From Escherichia phage ECO07P3, in the sequence record OP172786: a stretch of 64,000 nt of DNA. One strand, given 5' to 3'. The notes beneath the pieces are model-generated. The model did not search any database, had not been told where the DNA came from, and was given only the letters and a program-made list of their open reading frames with translations. The position numbers and the translations under genes were made by a program. Shown piece by piece: positions 28,999 through 37,013 of the stretch. Position 1 is the stretch's first letter; each line of letters starts with the position of its first letter.

Positions 28999-29028
28999 AT
29001 AGTATCACAGCTCAAATAGAAAGTAAAC
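28999..29028 (-). promoter_or_regulatory. T4-type early promoter (GTTTAC-N18-TACTAT)
   Basis: Minus strand GTTTAC TTTCTATTTGAGCTGTGA TACTAT. Confidence 0.5.
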
Positions 29029-29044
29029 CGGTAAAATGAAAAAA

Positions 29045-29060
29045 GTCTCCCGAAGGAGAC
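29045..29060 (-). terminator. UUCG-tetraloop hairpin (RNA GUCUCCUUCGGGAGAC)
   Basis: Plus gtctcccgaaggagac after the 29066-29452 ORF stop. Confidence 0.6.
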
Positions 29061-29065
29061 TAATG

Positions 29066-29452
29066 TTATTCGAGGGAAAGAAGATATTTACTTTGATAAA
29101 ACATTCCAGTAATATCATCTATTGTGCTTTGAATGGCTGGAGGCATTTCTTTGTAAATGCTGTTAGATTGGTCTAATATGCGATCAATCATTTTAATTGT
29201 GTCGGTAGGAAGTTTACTGGCATCCGGAATTGACGGCGTGTATTTTCTACCAGAATACCCCAAATATTGCTCACCAAATTTATCAATCAAATCTGGTAAC
29301 TCAGAGAAAATAAAATCGTATGCTTTGTGTCTAGCATAACTTTTAGTTTCAAAATGCGCAGAATGAAAATAAGCTTGTGCGGCCATTAATAAACCTAAGT
29401 ATTCATCTGCCTTTGAAGGTTTTCCACTTTGTGAAAAGTCGCTGAATTTCAT
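29066..29452 (-). CDS. hypothetical protein (T4 rI.-1 position)
   Basis: 128-aa ORF immediately downstream of rI. Confidence 0.55.
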   Translation of the reverse strand: MKFSDFSQSGKPSKADEYLGLLMAAQAYFHSAHFETKSYARHKAYDFIFSELPDLIDKFGEQYLGYSGRKYTPSIPDASKLPTDTIKMIDRILDQSNSIYKEMPPAIQSTIDDITGMFYQSKYLLSLE

Positions 29453-29742
29453 TCAGTCTCCAATTTAATGTTCATAATTCTAGCGTATGATTGTGCCATC
29501 TCCGCGCCTCGCTCTATACATTCAAAATCGGAAGAGCACGGGTCATTTTTATAGGTCGTTCTCATAAAACTATAGAATTGTTCAGACGATTCTACGCTTT
29601 TATTTTCAAAAAGTGTATAAACGTGCCTAATACCAGATTCCATAAATTTATCAAAATGAGGATCGACATTCGCTTCAATCGATGGAGATAAAACAAATGA
29701 CAATCCTAGCATGGCAAAAAGTGCCGTTGCTTTTAAGGCCAT
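29449..29742 (-). CDS. rI: lysis inhibition regulator RI (secreted)
   Basis: 97-aa ORF MALKATALFAMLGLSFVLSPSIEANVDPHFDKFMESGIRHVY... matches remembered T4 RI, with N-terminal signal-anchor. Confidence 0.9.
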   Translation of the reverse strand: MALKATALFAMLGLSFVLSPSIEANVDPHFDKFMESGIRHVYTLFENKSVESSEQFYSFMRTTYKNDPCSSDFECIERGAEMAQSYARIMNIKLETE

Positions 29743-29754
29743 AAAGGCCTCCTA

Positions 29755-29967
29755 TCATTTTTGTCCTGTATTTACTTTATGCCGATGCACGGCCTTAACT
29801 TTATCAAGGTATTTTTCAAAATTTCGCAATCTAGTATAGTCTGCCGGAGATTGGTTGAGTGATACTTCTCGACGCAAAGCTGAAATGATATTTCCAACTT
29901 CCCTACGAATTTCATCTAATTGAAGAACAGTAAGATTGCGAAGTTGCTTTTCAGTTAATTGTAGCAT
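29755..29967 (-). CDS. hypothetical protein (T4 rI.1 position)
   Basis: 70-aa ORF. Confidence 0.5.
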
Positions 29968-30009
29968 ATATACCCCTTTAGTTAGATAAACCTATTTATA
30001 ACTTTTGCA

Positions 30010-30591
30010 CTAACCGAGCTTTTTAGTTAATTCATTCCAATGTTTTCTGCACAAAGAAACATAAATTTCATCACCAATACAGATTTGATTACCTTCTTTA
30101 ACTGGTGTTCCATCTTCCATTAATCGAGCCGTCATAATCGCTTTTTTACCACAATGACAAACTGCTTTTAGTTCAATAAGTTTATCTGCAATCGCCAAAA
30201 GTTCTTTAGAACCTTCAAATAATTTTCCGGCGAAATCAGTCCTTAGTCCATAAGCCATAACAGGAACATTATATGTATCAACAATTCGGCTTAATTGATG
30301 CACCTGTTCAGTTTTTAAAAACTGAGCTTCATCTACAAATACACAATGAATATCTTTTTGTGCTTCAGCCCATTTATAGAACTCAAAAATATCCATATCA
30401 TCCGTAATAATATTCGCTTCCTGTTTAATTCCAATGCGAGAAACGACTTCACAAACAGAATCGCGAGTATCAATAGCCGGTTTAAGAACTAATACACCCA
30501 TGCCACGTTCTTTATAGTTATGGGCGGCAGTCAAAAGAGAAGCAGATTTTCCAGCATTCATTGCTGCATAAGTAAAAATTAAACTCGCCAT
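30010..30591 (-). CDS. tk: thymidine kinase
   Basis: 193-aa ORF with P-loop MNAGKSASLL and C-terminal CHCGKKA...C zinc motif. Confidence 0.93.
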   Translation of the reverse strand: MASLIFTYAAMNAGKSASLLTAAHNYKERGMGVLVLKPAIDTRDSVCEVVSRIGIKQEANIITDDMDIFEFYKWAEAQKDIHCVFVDEAQFLKTEQVHQLSRIVDTYNVPVMAYGLRTDFAGKLFEGSKELLAIADKLIELKAVCHCGKKAIMTARLMEDGTPVKEGNQICIGDEIYVSLCRKHWNELTKKLG

Positions 30592-30592
30592 C

Positions 30593-30781
30593 TTAGTCCT
30601 TAGTTAAATTTTCTAAATATGTTTCTAAATCATTTTCAGCTTTATCGATAGATTTTACTAATTCGTAGTATGTTTCAGCATCTCCATAATCCGAAGCCAA
30701 TTCAAAAGATAAATCTCGTTCTAAACTAATAATTTCGCTGATTAAAAATCGTATTTCATTCTTTTGTTCGCGAGTAATCAT
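30593..30781 (-). CDS. hypothetical small acidic protein
   Basis: 62-aa ORF. Confidence 0.5.
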   Translation of the reverse strand: MITREQKNEIRFLISEIISLERDLSFELASDYGDAETYYELVKSIDKAENDLETYLENLTKD

Positions 30782-30969
30782 AAGGAATCTATATAATCAA
30801 TAAGTTCTTGTTCTTTATCGTCTAAATCTTTACACAGTTCTTCATATTCATCGGTATTAAAAGGACCGCATTCATCGCAAACTTTTTCCAATTCACTATT
30901 TTTATCCATAACTTCGTGAATAAGAGAAAACAGTCTGTCTTTTTGTTCTTTACTCAGACTCATAACCAT
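30778..30969 (-). CDS. hypothetical small acidic protein
   Basis: Track start is TTG; ATG at 30969 follows AGGTG. Confidence 0.45.
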   Translation of the reverse strand: MVMSLSKEQKDRLFSLIHEVMDKNSELEKVCDECGPFNTDEYEELCKDLDDKEQELIDYIDSL

Positions 30970-31172
30970 TGCACCTTTAAGCAATATTCTTCTACGTGTT
31001 GTTTACGTTTATTTTTATCTATAAAAGTATATTCAACATATTCACCGATATACCATTTATCAGTGTTGTGTTGACTTTTTATAGGACATTTGGTTACTCG
31101 AGTTTCGGTCCAGCGTCGAATAATTTCCGCTTTGTTTTTAGGGTCAAACGGATGCGGGTAATGTGCTTTCAT
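30960..31172 (-). CDS. hypothetical protein
   Basis: 70-aa ORF. Confidence 0.5.
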   Translation of the reverse strand: MKAHYPHPFDPKNKAEIIRRWTETRVTKCPIKSQHNTDKWYIGEYVEYTFIDKNKRKQHVEEYCLKVQWL

Positions 31173-31623
31173 AATCCACCACTATTAAATCAATATCAGG
31201 AGTAAACATGTCGATTAATTTAGAAACCTTATCCCAATCACCGCCAGCAATACCACAACCTATGCGTGGAATGTAAATTACTGGTTTAAACAAAAGGGTT
31301 TCTGCTTGTAGATTTAATTCTATCATGCAGTTTACTAAAGCACCATAATCAAGATTAGGACCCGGTTCGTATTGCGTATACAGGTTATAGCATATACCAA
31401 ATCCTGTAGGATTATGTTTAAAAACAATAGACATATCGCCTAATTTATCACGAGAACCGTACTCAGTAGTGGTTTTATCTATTTCTAAAATTTTAGGATA
31501 GGCTCTTGCTAATTGACCCGCTACACCTGAACCCATAGTATGAAAACAGTTGCACCCGTGCGCAATAATATTACCTTGAAGAAATAGGGCGACAATATCG
31601 CCCTTGATATATTTTACAATCAT
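31144..31623 (-). CDS. macro-domain protein (putative ADP-ribose binding/hydrolase)
   Basis: 159-aa ORF with IAHGCNCFHTMGSGVAGQLA and IPRIGCGIAGGDWDKV blocks resembling the two glycine-rich macro-domain motifs. Confidence 0.55.
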   Translation of the reverse strand: MIVKYIKGDIVALFLQGNIIAHGCNCFHTMGSGVAGQLARAYPKILEIDKTTTEYGSRDKLGDMSIVFKHNPTGFGICYNLYTQYEPGPNLDYGALVNCMIELNLQAETLLFKPVIYIPRIGCGIAGGDWDKVSKLIDMFTPDIDLIVVDYESTLPASV

Positions 31624-31961
31624 CTAGTACTCAATCCTCGATTATAAGAATCTACCAAACGGTCAACCATTGAATGACAAGCGGCTTTATCTTTCTCCTC
31701 CGCAACTGAACATTCTAAGGTATTCCACTTTTTAGCATATCGTTTTAATAAAGTATCGTTCTTGTATCTACTTGTTTTATCTCTTTCTCCGTCTTTATAT
31801 GCATATATTAATTTCTGCGCAAATTCAGCTTGGCATGCTTTATTTTTCCCACAATAATCCGCGGCAGTACGGTTTACATACTCTCTAACTTCAGAATATG
31901 ATATATCTGCTAACGCAGAAAATGAAATTAATCCTATACATAAAACCAAAATTTTAGTCAT
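31620..31961 (-). CDS. secreted cysteine-containing protein (signal peptide)
   Basis: 113-aa ORF with N-terminal MTKILVLCIGLISFSALA and four cysteines. Confidence 0.5.
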   Translation of the reverse strand: MTKILVLCIGLISFSALADISYSEVREYVNRTAADYCGKNKACQAEFAQKLIYAYKDGERDKTSRYKNDTLLKRYAKKWNTLECSVAEEKDKAACHSMVDRLVDSYNRGLSTR

Positions 31962-32499
31962 TTACTATTTCCAGTAGTTTATTATTTTTAAGGTAGTTAG
32001 CCTTTTCTAGGACTTCAGAAGCATATTTAGAACCAGCTTTAACATTCCATCCCGAATTATAAGAGGATATTGCCTTTCTTATATCGCCCTTATGTATATT
32101 TAACCAATAAGAAAGTTCAATGTACGCCCAGGAAGCTGAATTGGACCGTTTATTCAACATTCTTTTTATTTCAGCATCAGTCATATTATAACCAAGTTCC
32201 TTAACTCTTGCTCGCATGGTCGGCAAATAATTTTGGAACATTCCATAGGCATGATGCTTTGGTTTAGATTTTAAATTAACTCCGGCAGAGCTTTCTTGCC
32301 ATAAAATAGCAGCCATTATATGACCTAATCCGCTCTTATGGATATTTTTGTGTGTTTTATATTTTCCATCCTTAGAAAATTGTTCCCCGAATTGATACGC
32401 GTAACGCATGTTATCGAGTTGGACATTACTGAAAGTATGCTCGGAGCTATGCGCCATCATTGAAATGGCCAATAGACCAGCGAGTAGTGCTTTTCTCAT
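31954..32499 (-). CDS. secreted lytic transglycosylase-like protein (SLT domain)
   Basis: 181-aa ORF with signal peptide MRKALLAGLLAISMMA and SLT-like blocks ILWQESS, YGMFQ, AISSYNSG. Confidence 0.5.
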   Translation of the reverse strand: MRKALLAGLLAISMMAHSSEHTFSNVQLDNMRYAYQFGEQFSKDGKYKTHKNIHKSGLGHIMAAILWQESSAGVNLKSKPKHHAYGMFQNYLPTMRARVKELGYNMTDAEIKRMLNKRSNSASWAYIELSYWLNIHKGDIRKAISSYNSGWNVKAGSKYASEVLEKANYLKNNKLLEIVND

Positions 32500-32506
32500 G
32501 CTTACC

Positions 32507-32968
32507 TCATTGAGTTTTAATTACTGCTTTAGAAGCCTTTCCTGGTAAACGACGACTGTTAATAATTGCCATCCTGCATTGAAGCGACGGGTCTTTGAAC
32601 TTCGCATTAGGTTTACAAACTGTAAATCCAAGCCAAAGATTTCCATCTGTGATTTCTAAACGCCCAGGACGATATTCAACCCCATCAATAAAATCCTCGT
32701 CAATGTCAGGACGCGGAGGCATACTCAGGAATTCATTAACTTCTAAAACATGGTCTTTTATTTTATGGAATAATTCAAAAACATATGTCTCATCAATCTC
32801 CCGTTGAATTGCACGATCAAGAAGATGCTGAGAATATTTTAGATGAAACGATGAGACCCCTGCTGCTTTTGATGCCTCACGAATCTCATTGTTAATTTGA
32901 CGAAACTCCGACTCAAAGTGACGACGGAGCTTATTTCGACGGATAAAAACTTCTGTGTTGATAGTCAT
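32507..32968 (-). CDS. regB: endoribonuclease RegB
   Basis: 153-aa ORF MTINTEVFIRRNKLRRHFESEFRQINNEIREASKAAG... matches remembered T4 RegB. Confidence 0.9.
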   Translation of the reverse strand: MTINTEVFIRRNKLRRHFESEFRQINNEIREASKAAGVSSFHLKYSQHLLDRAIQREIDETYVFELFHKIKDHVLEVNEFLSMPPRPDIDEDFIDGVEYRPGRLEITDGNLWLGFTVCKPNAKFKDPSLQCRMAIINSRRLPGKASKAVIKTQ

Positions 32969-32995
32969 GTTATTCTCCTCTTAACTGATAGAAAA

Positions 32996-33025
32996 ATTAT
33001 ACCACAGTCAAGAGGAAAAGTAAAC
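32996..33025 (-). promoter_or_regulatory. T4-type early promoter (GTTTAC-N18-TATAAT) upstream of regB
   Basis: Minus strand GTTTAC TTTTCCTCTTGACTGTGG TATAAT. Confidence 0.55.
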
Positions 33026-33027
33026 AA

Positions 33028-33306
33028 TTATTCTTTAAATCTAATCAATTTATTCATAGACTTTGAAACTTCTGCACGAACATCATGTAGGTTTTTGAGC
33101 TGTTCAAGACGCTGCTCATAGTAAGCAATTTCATCTTCTTCGAGACAGTCCTGTGAATCTTCTTTAAGATAACGCGCATAGTCCTGGAAAGCTTTACGGA
33201 CTACTTCCTGGAAGTCATCAAGACTTTGAATTTTCTTAGGAGCAACAGATACACGACGAGGGGCAGTATAATACTCATAACCAAACCCTGCGCTTAATTG
33301 AGCCAT
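33028..33306 (-). CDS. hypothetical small acidic protein
   Basis: Track start is GTG; ATG at 33306 follows GAGGAAAAA; 92 aa. Confidence 0.5.
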   Translation of the reverse strand: MAQLSAGFGYEYYTAPRRVSVAPKKIQSLDDFQEVVRKAFQDYARYLKEDSQDCLEEDEIAYYEQRLEQLKNLHDVRAEVSKSMNKLIRFKE

Positions 33307-33572
33307 TAATATTTTTCCTCTGGTTGGAACACAGCACGACAAGCCCACATACTGGCTTCTTTGAGTTTCGTTTTAGCAATAGTTAACTGATCGAGGCTTT
33401 CAGCATAATTCTTCGCGAATTCACAGTCTTCACAATTATCTAGTGCTTCCCAGAATTCGTCATATAAAGCATCAAAGATAAGTCCTAAACGAACTTCAGC
33501 ATCTTTGATAGCATTCACTTTACCGATTTTCTCTTCAGTATGTGGTTTATAACCTTTAATGTCTTCAATCAT
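33306..33572 (-). CDS. hypothetical small acidic protein
   Basis: 88-aa ORF after GGTGAGGAAG. Confidence 0.5.
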   Translation of the reverse strand: MIEDIKGYKPHTEEKIGKVNAIKDAEVRLGLIFDALYDEFWEALDNCEDCEFAKNYAESLDQLTIAKTKLKEASMWACRAVFQPEEKY

Positions 33573-33786
33573 ATTCTACTTCCTCACCAGTACATAAATC
33601 ATATTCAACTAAACGAATAGGTTCATGAATGCCATATCCTTGAACAGAAATTTCTGTCGTAGGATAAATTCCACTAATATCACCCATGTTCCACGCTTCA
33701 TTAAATTGTTGTTCGCCTGAATTACTAAACCATTCGGCGAAAGCATTTAGCACATCTTTAGAACCTTCAATAATTATTTTTGCCAT
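33565..33786 (-). CDS. hypothetical protein
   Basis: 73-aa ORF. Confidence 0.5.
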   Translation of the reverse strand: MAKIIIEGSKDVLNAFAEWFSNSGEQQFNEAWNMGDISGIYPTTEISVQGYGIHEPIRLVEYDLCTGEEVEYD

Positions 33787-34148
33787 TACAAGCTCTCAGT
33801 AAAGGTACGAGCGATAACGTCGCGCTGCTGTTCCGGAGTCAGAGAGTTAAAGCGAACTGCATAACCGGATACACGGATGGTCAGCTGCGGATATTTTTCC
33901 GGATGCTTAACTGCATCTTCCAGAGTTTCACGACGCAAAACGTTTACGTTCAGGTGTTGACCACCTTCAATTTTAACCGTAGGCTGTGGTTCAATTTCAA
34001 TTTCACGGGCATGCAAACCGTAGAAAATTTCCGGATCTACAAAAGAGTCCTCTTTAAAGGTTTTAGAGACAATAATTCGTGCTTGAATACCATCTTCAAA
34101 ATAAATAGTACCTTTATGTGTGCCTTCAAGAATTTGATATGCTTTCAT
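33786..34148 (-). CDS. autonomous glycyl-radical cofactor (GrcA/YfiD-like; T4 Y06I homologue)
   Basis: 120-aa ORF whose C-terminal about 60 residues ([59 protein letters not shown]) match the remembered E. coli YfiD/GrcA C-terminus, including the RVSGY glycyl-radical motif. Confidence 0.85.
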   Translation of the reverse strand: MKAYQILEGTHKGTIYFEDGIQARIIVSKTFKEDSFVDPEIFYGLHAREIEIEPQPTVKIEGGQHLNVNVLRRETLEDAVKHPEKYPQLTIRVSGYAVRFNSLTPEQQRDVIARTFTESL

Positions 34149-34154
34149 ATAACC

Positions 34155-34484
34155 TCAATTAGAAAATAAATTTATCCAAGATTGTTCTTTAATTAAAAAT
34201 GGCTCAGAATCATATGCCATTAAACTTTGGGTGATTAGTCCTTTAAAAGGCCCATCAATAAATTCCATGGTAAAATATGGAATTTTATTCATTAATCTTG
34301 CATTAGGAGCAGTGCACAAAACTCTACATCCTTTGAATACGCCTTTTTGTAATTTGTATTGCTTAGGATAAAATTCGCTCAAGACGTTGTTATTTGCCAA
34401 AATTTCAAAATGATTCACCAATTTATTTTTAATAGTTTTTGGCGAAAAATAAAGATATTCGAAAAGTTGCGTATCTGTCATCAT
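34155..34484 (-). CDS. hypothetical protein
   Basis: Track ORF trimmed to the ATG at 34484, coupled to the upstream stop (ATGATGA). Confidence 0.45.
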   Translation of the reverse strand: MMTDTQLFEYLYFSPKTIKNKLVNHFEILANNNVLSEFYPKQYKLQKGVFKGCRVLCTAPNARLMNKIPYFTMEFIDGPFKGLITQSLMAYDSEPFLIKEQSWINLFSN

Positions 34485-35020
34485 TGCATTCCGATTACGA
34501 AAAACTGTGGACGAGTAATACCACCAGTACAGCATTTACTATTGCAGCAGTGTTGCACAGTTTCAATATGAATATCGTAAATTTTATCCATATCAGGAGA
34601 TTTAACAGGCTCATCGATTATATACAAAATTCGAGAAAGCGATAAACCTCTGAACTTGCTACCTCTATTACCAACAAAACTACGGACAGAATCGGTAAAT
34701 AAGCGGAATCGAATATCATCGCCAGAATAACGAGAAAATTCTTTTTTAATGTGGCCCGCAGAAATTTTAGCGTAAGCTGAAGTATTAGAAAGAACAATAA
34801 CTGTTCCACCATCATACAGCCAATTAGCAGCAAAGTTAGTCACAACAGTTGATTTACCAGATTGACGTCCACCATCTAGTCGAAGTGTGCAATACTGCTT
34901 AAGTAAGTCTTCAAATGGTGGGATATAATCGTTTTTACAAATTTCTTCTACTCTAGCATCAGAATGGTGTGTAAAAGCATTCATCAGGGATAGATAAGGA
35001 CCAGTTAAAAATGTTCTCAT
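34481..35020 (-). CDS. small P-loop NTPase with C-terminal cysteine cluster
   Basis: Walker A GGRQSGKST, Walker B-like ILYIIDEP, C-terminal HCCNSKCCTGG; start set at the ATG after GAGAGAATAAA (35020); track gives 35068. Confidence 0.5.
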   Translation of the reverse strand: MRTFLTGPYLSLMNAFTHHSDARVEEICKNDYIPPFEDLLKQYCTLRLDGGRQSGKSTVVTNFAANWLYDGGTVIVLSNTSAYAKISAGHIKKEFSRYSGDDIRFRLFTDSVRSFVGNRGSKFRGLSLSRILYIIDEPVKSPDMDKIYDIHIETVQHCCNSKCCTGGITRPQFFVIGMQ

Positions 35021-35176
35021 TTTATTCTCTCTAAATTTGGGCCATTCCATGGCGCATGAATTGTCCATTTCTGTATTTACCCATTACCGCACTTGGGCTC
35101 GACCTTATTACAGGTTGGCGGGAATCCCTCAGAATCATGAGGTCCAGCTTGTTCCCATGTTATTTGAATGTAAATA

Positions 35177-35194
35177 GGCCTAAGTATAGGCCTT
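35177..35194 (-). terminator. hairpin AGGCCT-AAGTAT-AGGCCT
   Basis: Inverted repeat immediately downstream of the 81-aa ORF stop. Confidence 0.4.
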
Positions 35195-35195
35195 A

Positions 35196-35441
35196 TTAAT
35201 TACCACGGGCTGCATTAGCAACGGCATAAGCGTACTGAACATTAGCGTCCTTAAACGTACCTTTAGAGGTATCTATTTCTGCCTTAAAGCCGCCTTTAGC
35301 CATAACATCAGCAAATTCTTTACGGAAGGCCATTGCATCAAGACCTTTCCATGATGATTTGTGCTTAGCGAATTCAAGACCAGCGTAGTTGACAGCTTTA
35401 GCCAATTTATTATCAATGACCCATTTACCGGCTTTAGGCAC
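35196..35441 (-). CDS. hypothetical protein (81 aa, GTG start) occupying the place of the denV 3' half
   Basis: ORF VPKAGKWVIDNKLAKAVNYAGLEF... with no similarity to the DenV C-terminus in any frame. Confidence 0.35.
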   Translation of the reverse strand: MPKAGKWVIDNKLAKAVNYAGLEFAKHKSSWKGLDAMAFRKEFADVMAKGGFKAEIDTSKGTFKDANVQYAYAVANAARGN

Positions 35442-35473
35442 AAACTTCGGGCCTTTTTGTTTAGAGAACAGTT

Positions 35474-35710
35474 TTAAATTCCAGCGATTAACTCGATTTG
35501 GCGTAAACGTAAAAATTCGAGTTTGTTGTAAAAGAATGTTACGTGGCCTGTGCCTAAGATAAATGTTGGAGAGATTTTAAAATCCTTTACACGTTTACCG
35601 TTTTGAACATGTTTACGGACTGCACCAAATACGCGTGGTAATTCACGATACTCAGCCATAAGATGTTGGTCGGTCAGTTCGGAAACGAGTGTTAAATTGA
35701 TACGAGTCAT
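35474..35710 (-). pseudogene. denV: denV (endonuclease V, pyrimidine-dimer glycosylase), 5' fragment only (about 78 codons)
   Basis: [76 protein letters not shown] matches remembered T4 DenV residues 1-74, then diverges and stops (GI*); T4 DenV is 138 aa. Confidence 0.6.
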
Positions 35711-35737
35711 AATTTCCTCCAAGTAGTTGATGAATGT

Positions 35738-35767
35738 ATAGTATCAAAACCCTTGGAGGAAGTAAAC
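35738..35767 (-). promoter_or_regulatory. T4-type early promoter (GTTTAC-N18-TACTAT) upstream of the denV fragment
   Basis: Minus strand GTTTAC TTCCTCCAAGGGTTTTGA TACTAT. Confidence 0.5.
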
Positions 35768-35769
35768 AA

Positions 35770-36051
35770 CTATTTTTCTGAAGCGCCTGAAATATATTTT
35801 TCAAGACGTTGTTTCATCAGCGAGCCGTTCTTAGCGATTTCTTCCGGTTTGTCGCACATACGCAACAAGGCTTCAAGCTTAACGATATCACTGGTGCGCT
35901 CAAATTTGCGAGTATCTATCTTACTAGCAAGTTCAGAAATACGTGCTAATAGACTTTCAGCTTCAACCAAAGCTGCACCTAGCTTAGTTGCAAATGTGTC
36001 AGTAGCTTCGTTAAGAATAGATTCTGATAAAAATTCACTATATGTTTTCAT
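35770..36051 (-). CDS. internal protein (IPII-like) with capsid-targeting sequence
   Basis: Start set at [10 protein letters not shown] (36051); the LSE tripeptide at residues 8-10 fits the prohead-protease cleavage pattern; position upstream of e as for T4 ipII/ipIII. Confidence 0.6.
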   Translation of the reverse strand: MKTYSEFLSESILNEATDTFATKLGAALVEAESLLARISELASKIDTRKFERTSDIVKLEALLRMCDKPEEIAKNGSLMKQRLEKYISGASEK

Positions 36052-36536
36052 ATATACGCTTTCCAAGTTCCTGTTTTAAATGTTGAGATTACGCGTTTAG
36101 CGCGATTAGGTGTCTGACGGTACCATTTAGATTGGGCTAGATTTACTGCCGCTTCGTCCCAGCGTTTCTGTTGAAGCATACGAAGAGAATTAGTAAAACC
36201 AGCGACGCCTGCTACGCCCATTTGGAAGACCATATTGACCAACGCACATCGACGAACTGCATCTAAAGAATCATATACCGGTTTAAGTTTAGCATTACCC
36301 AAGATTCCGCGAACGGCTTTATCAACGTCTTCATTAAATAGCTTTTCAGCCTCATCAAGGGTAATTGTACCGTTGCATTTACGTCCGATCATTCTGTCAA
36401 GTTCAGCTTTAGCTACGGCTAAAGACGGGTTCTTTGTTACTAAATGGCCTATGCCAATCGTCCAAAAGCCTTCAGTGTCTTTGTATAAAGTCAGTCTAAG
36501 ACCTTCATCTATACGCAACATTTCAAATATATTCAT
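36048..36536 (-). CDS. e: endolysin (T4 lysozyme family)
   Basis: 162-aa [35 protein letters not shown]... with catalytic Glu11, Asp20 and Thr26 conserved; clearly homologous to T4 lysozyme but with many substitutions versus my recollection of it. Confidence 0.94.
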   Translation of the reverse strand: MNIFEMLRIDEGLRLTLYKDTEGFWTIGIGHLVTKNPSLAVAKAELDRMIGRKCNGTITLDEAEKLFNEDVDKAVRGILGNAKLKPVYDSLDAVRRCALVNMVFQMGVAGVAGFTNSLRMLQQKRWDEAAVNLAQSKWYRQTPNRAKRVISTFKTGTWKAYI

Positions 36537-36570
36537 AATACCTCCTAAGTATTTATAGAAGGTATTTATA
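36537..36570 (-). promoter_or_regulatory. lysozyme RBS-sequestering hairpin with two TATAAATA late promoters
   Basis: Minus RNA AAUACCUUC-UAUAAAUACUUA-GGAGGUAUU-AUG pairs the GGAGG RBS; late-promoter consensus TATAAATA occurs in the loop (36550-36557) and again at 36563-36570. Confidence 0.7.
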
Positions 36571-36572
36571 AA

Positions 36573-37013
36573 TTAAAAGAGGTTGTTCATTATTCGGTAA
36601 AGTGAAGAACCCATCACATATTGCCACTGAGTACGAGGAATAAGAGCAAAAGCATCCATCTCTGGAATCATAACGCCATCTTTATTTTCAAAATAAGACT
36701 CACAATGGCAATTTCTAAACATCTCATGCTCTACTGGAATCGTATAATAAAACAACTGTAAGTCTTTATTACTAGAATATTTAAATACACCTAGGTCTTC
36801 TAGAAGGTCTGGATTATAATTGCTAAAACCGGTCTCTTCTAAGCATTCTCTTCGTGCTGCATCTAGTGCGCTCAAATCAGAATTTTCTACACGGCCTTTT
36901 GGAATATCCCAGCGATGTGCCATCATTCCAGGCTTACGAGAACCAGTAACTCGTCCCATAAATAAATCTTTATCTTCTGTCATAAAGATAATACCAGCTG
37001 ATAGTGTTTTCAT
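36573..37013 (-). CDS. nudE: Nudix hydrolase NudE
   Basis: Nudix box GRVENSDLSALDAARRECLEETG; start set at the ATG after AGGAAA (37013); track gives 37028. Confidence 0.85.
   Translation of the reverse strand: MKTLSAGIIFMTEDKDLFMGRVTGSRKPGMMAHRWDIPKGRVENSDLSALDAARRECLEETGFSNYNPDLLEDLGVFKYSSNKDLQLFYYTIPVEHEMFRNCHCESYFENKDGVMIPEMDAFALIPRTQWQYVMGSSLYRIMNNLF

Noticed and set aside
35196-35722. Possibility that denV is merely frameshifted and the 81-aa ORF is its C-terminus
   Set aside because: Neither alternative frame downstream of residue 74 gives sequence resembling the DenV C-terminal half; the junction looks like sequence replacement.
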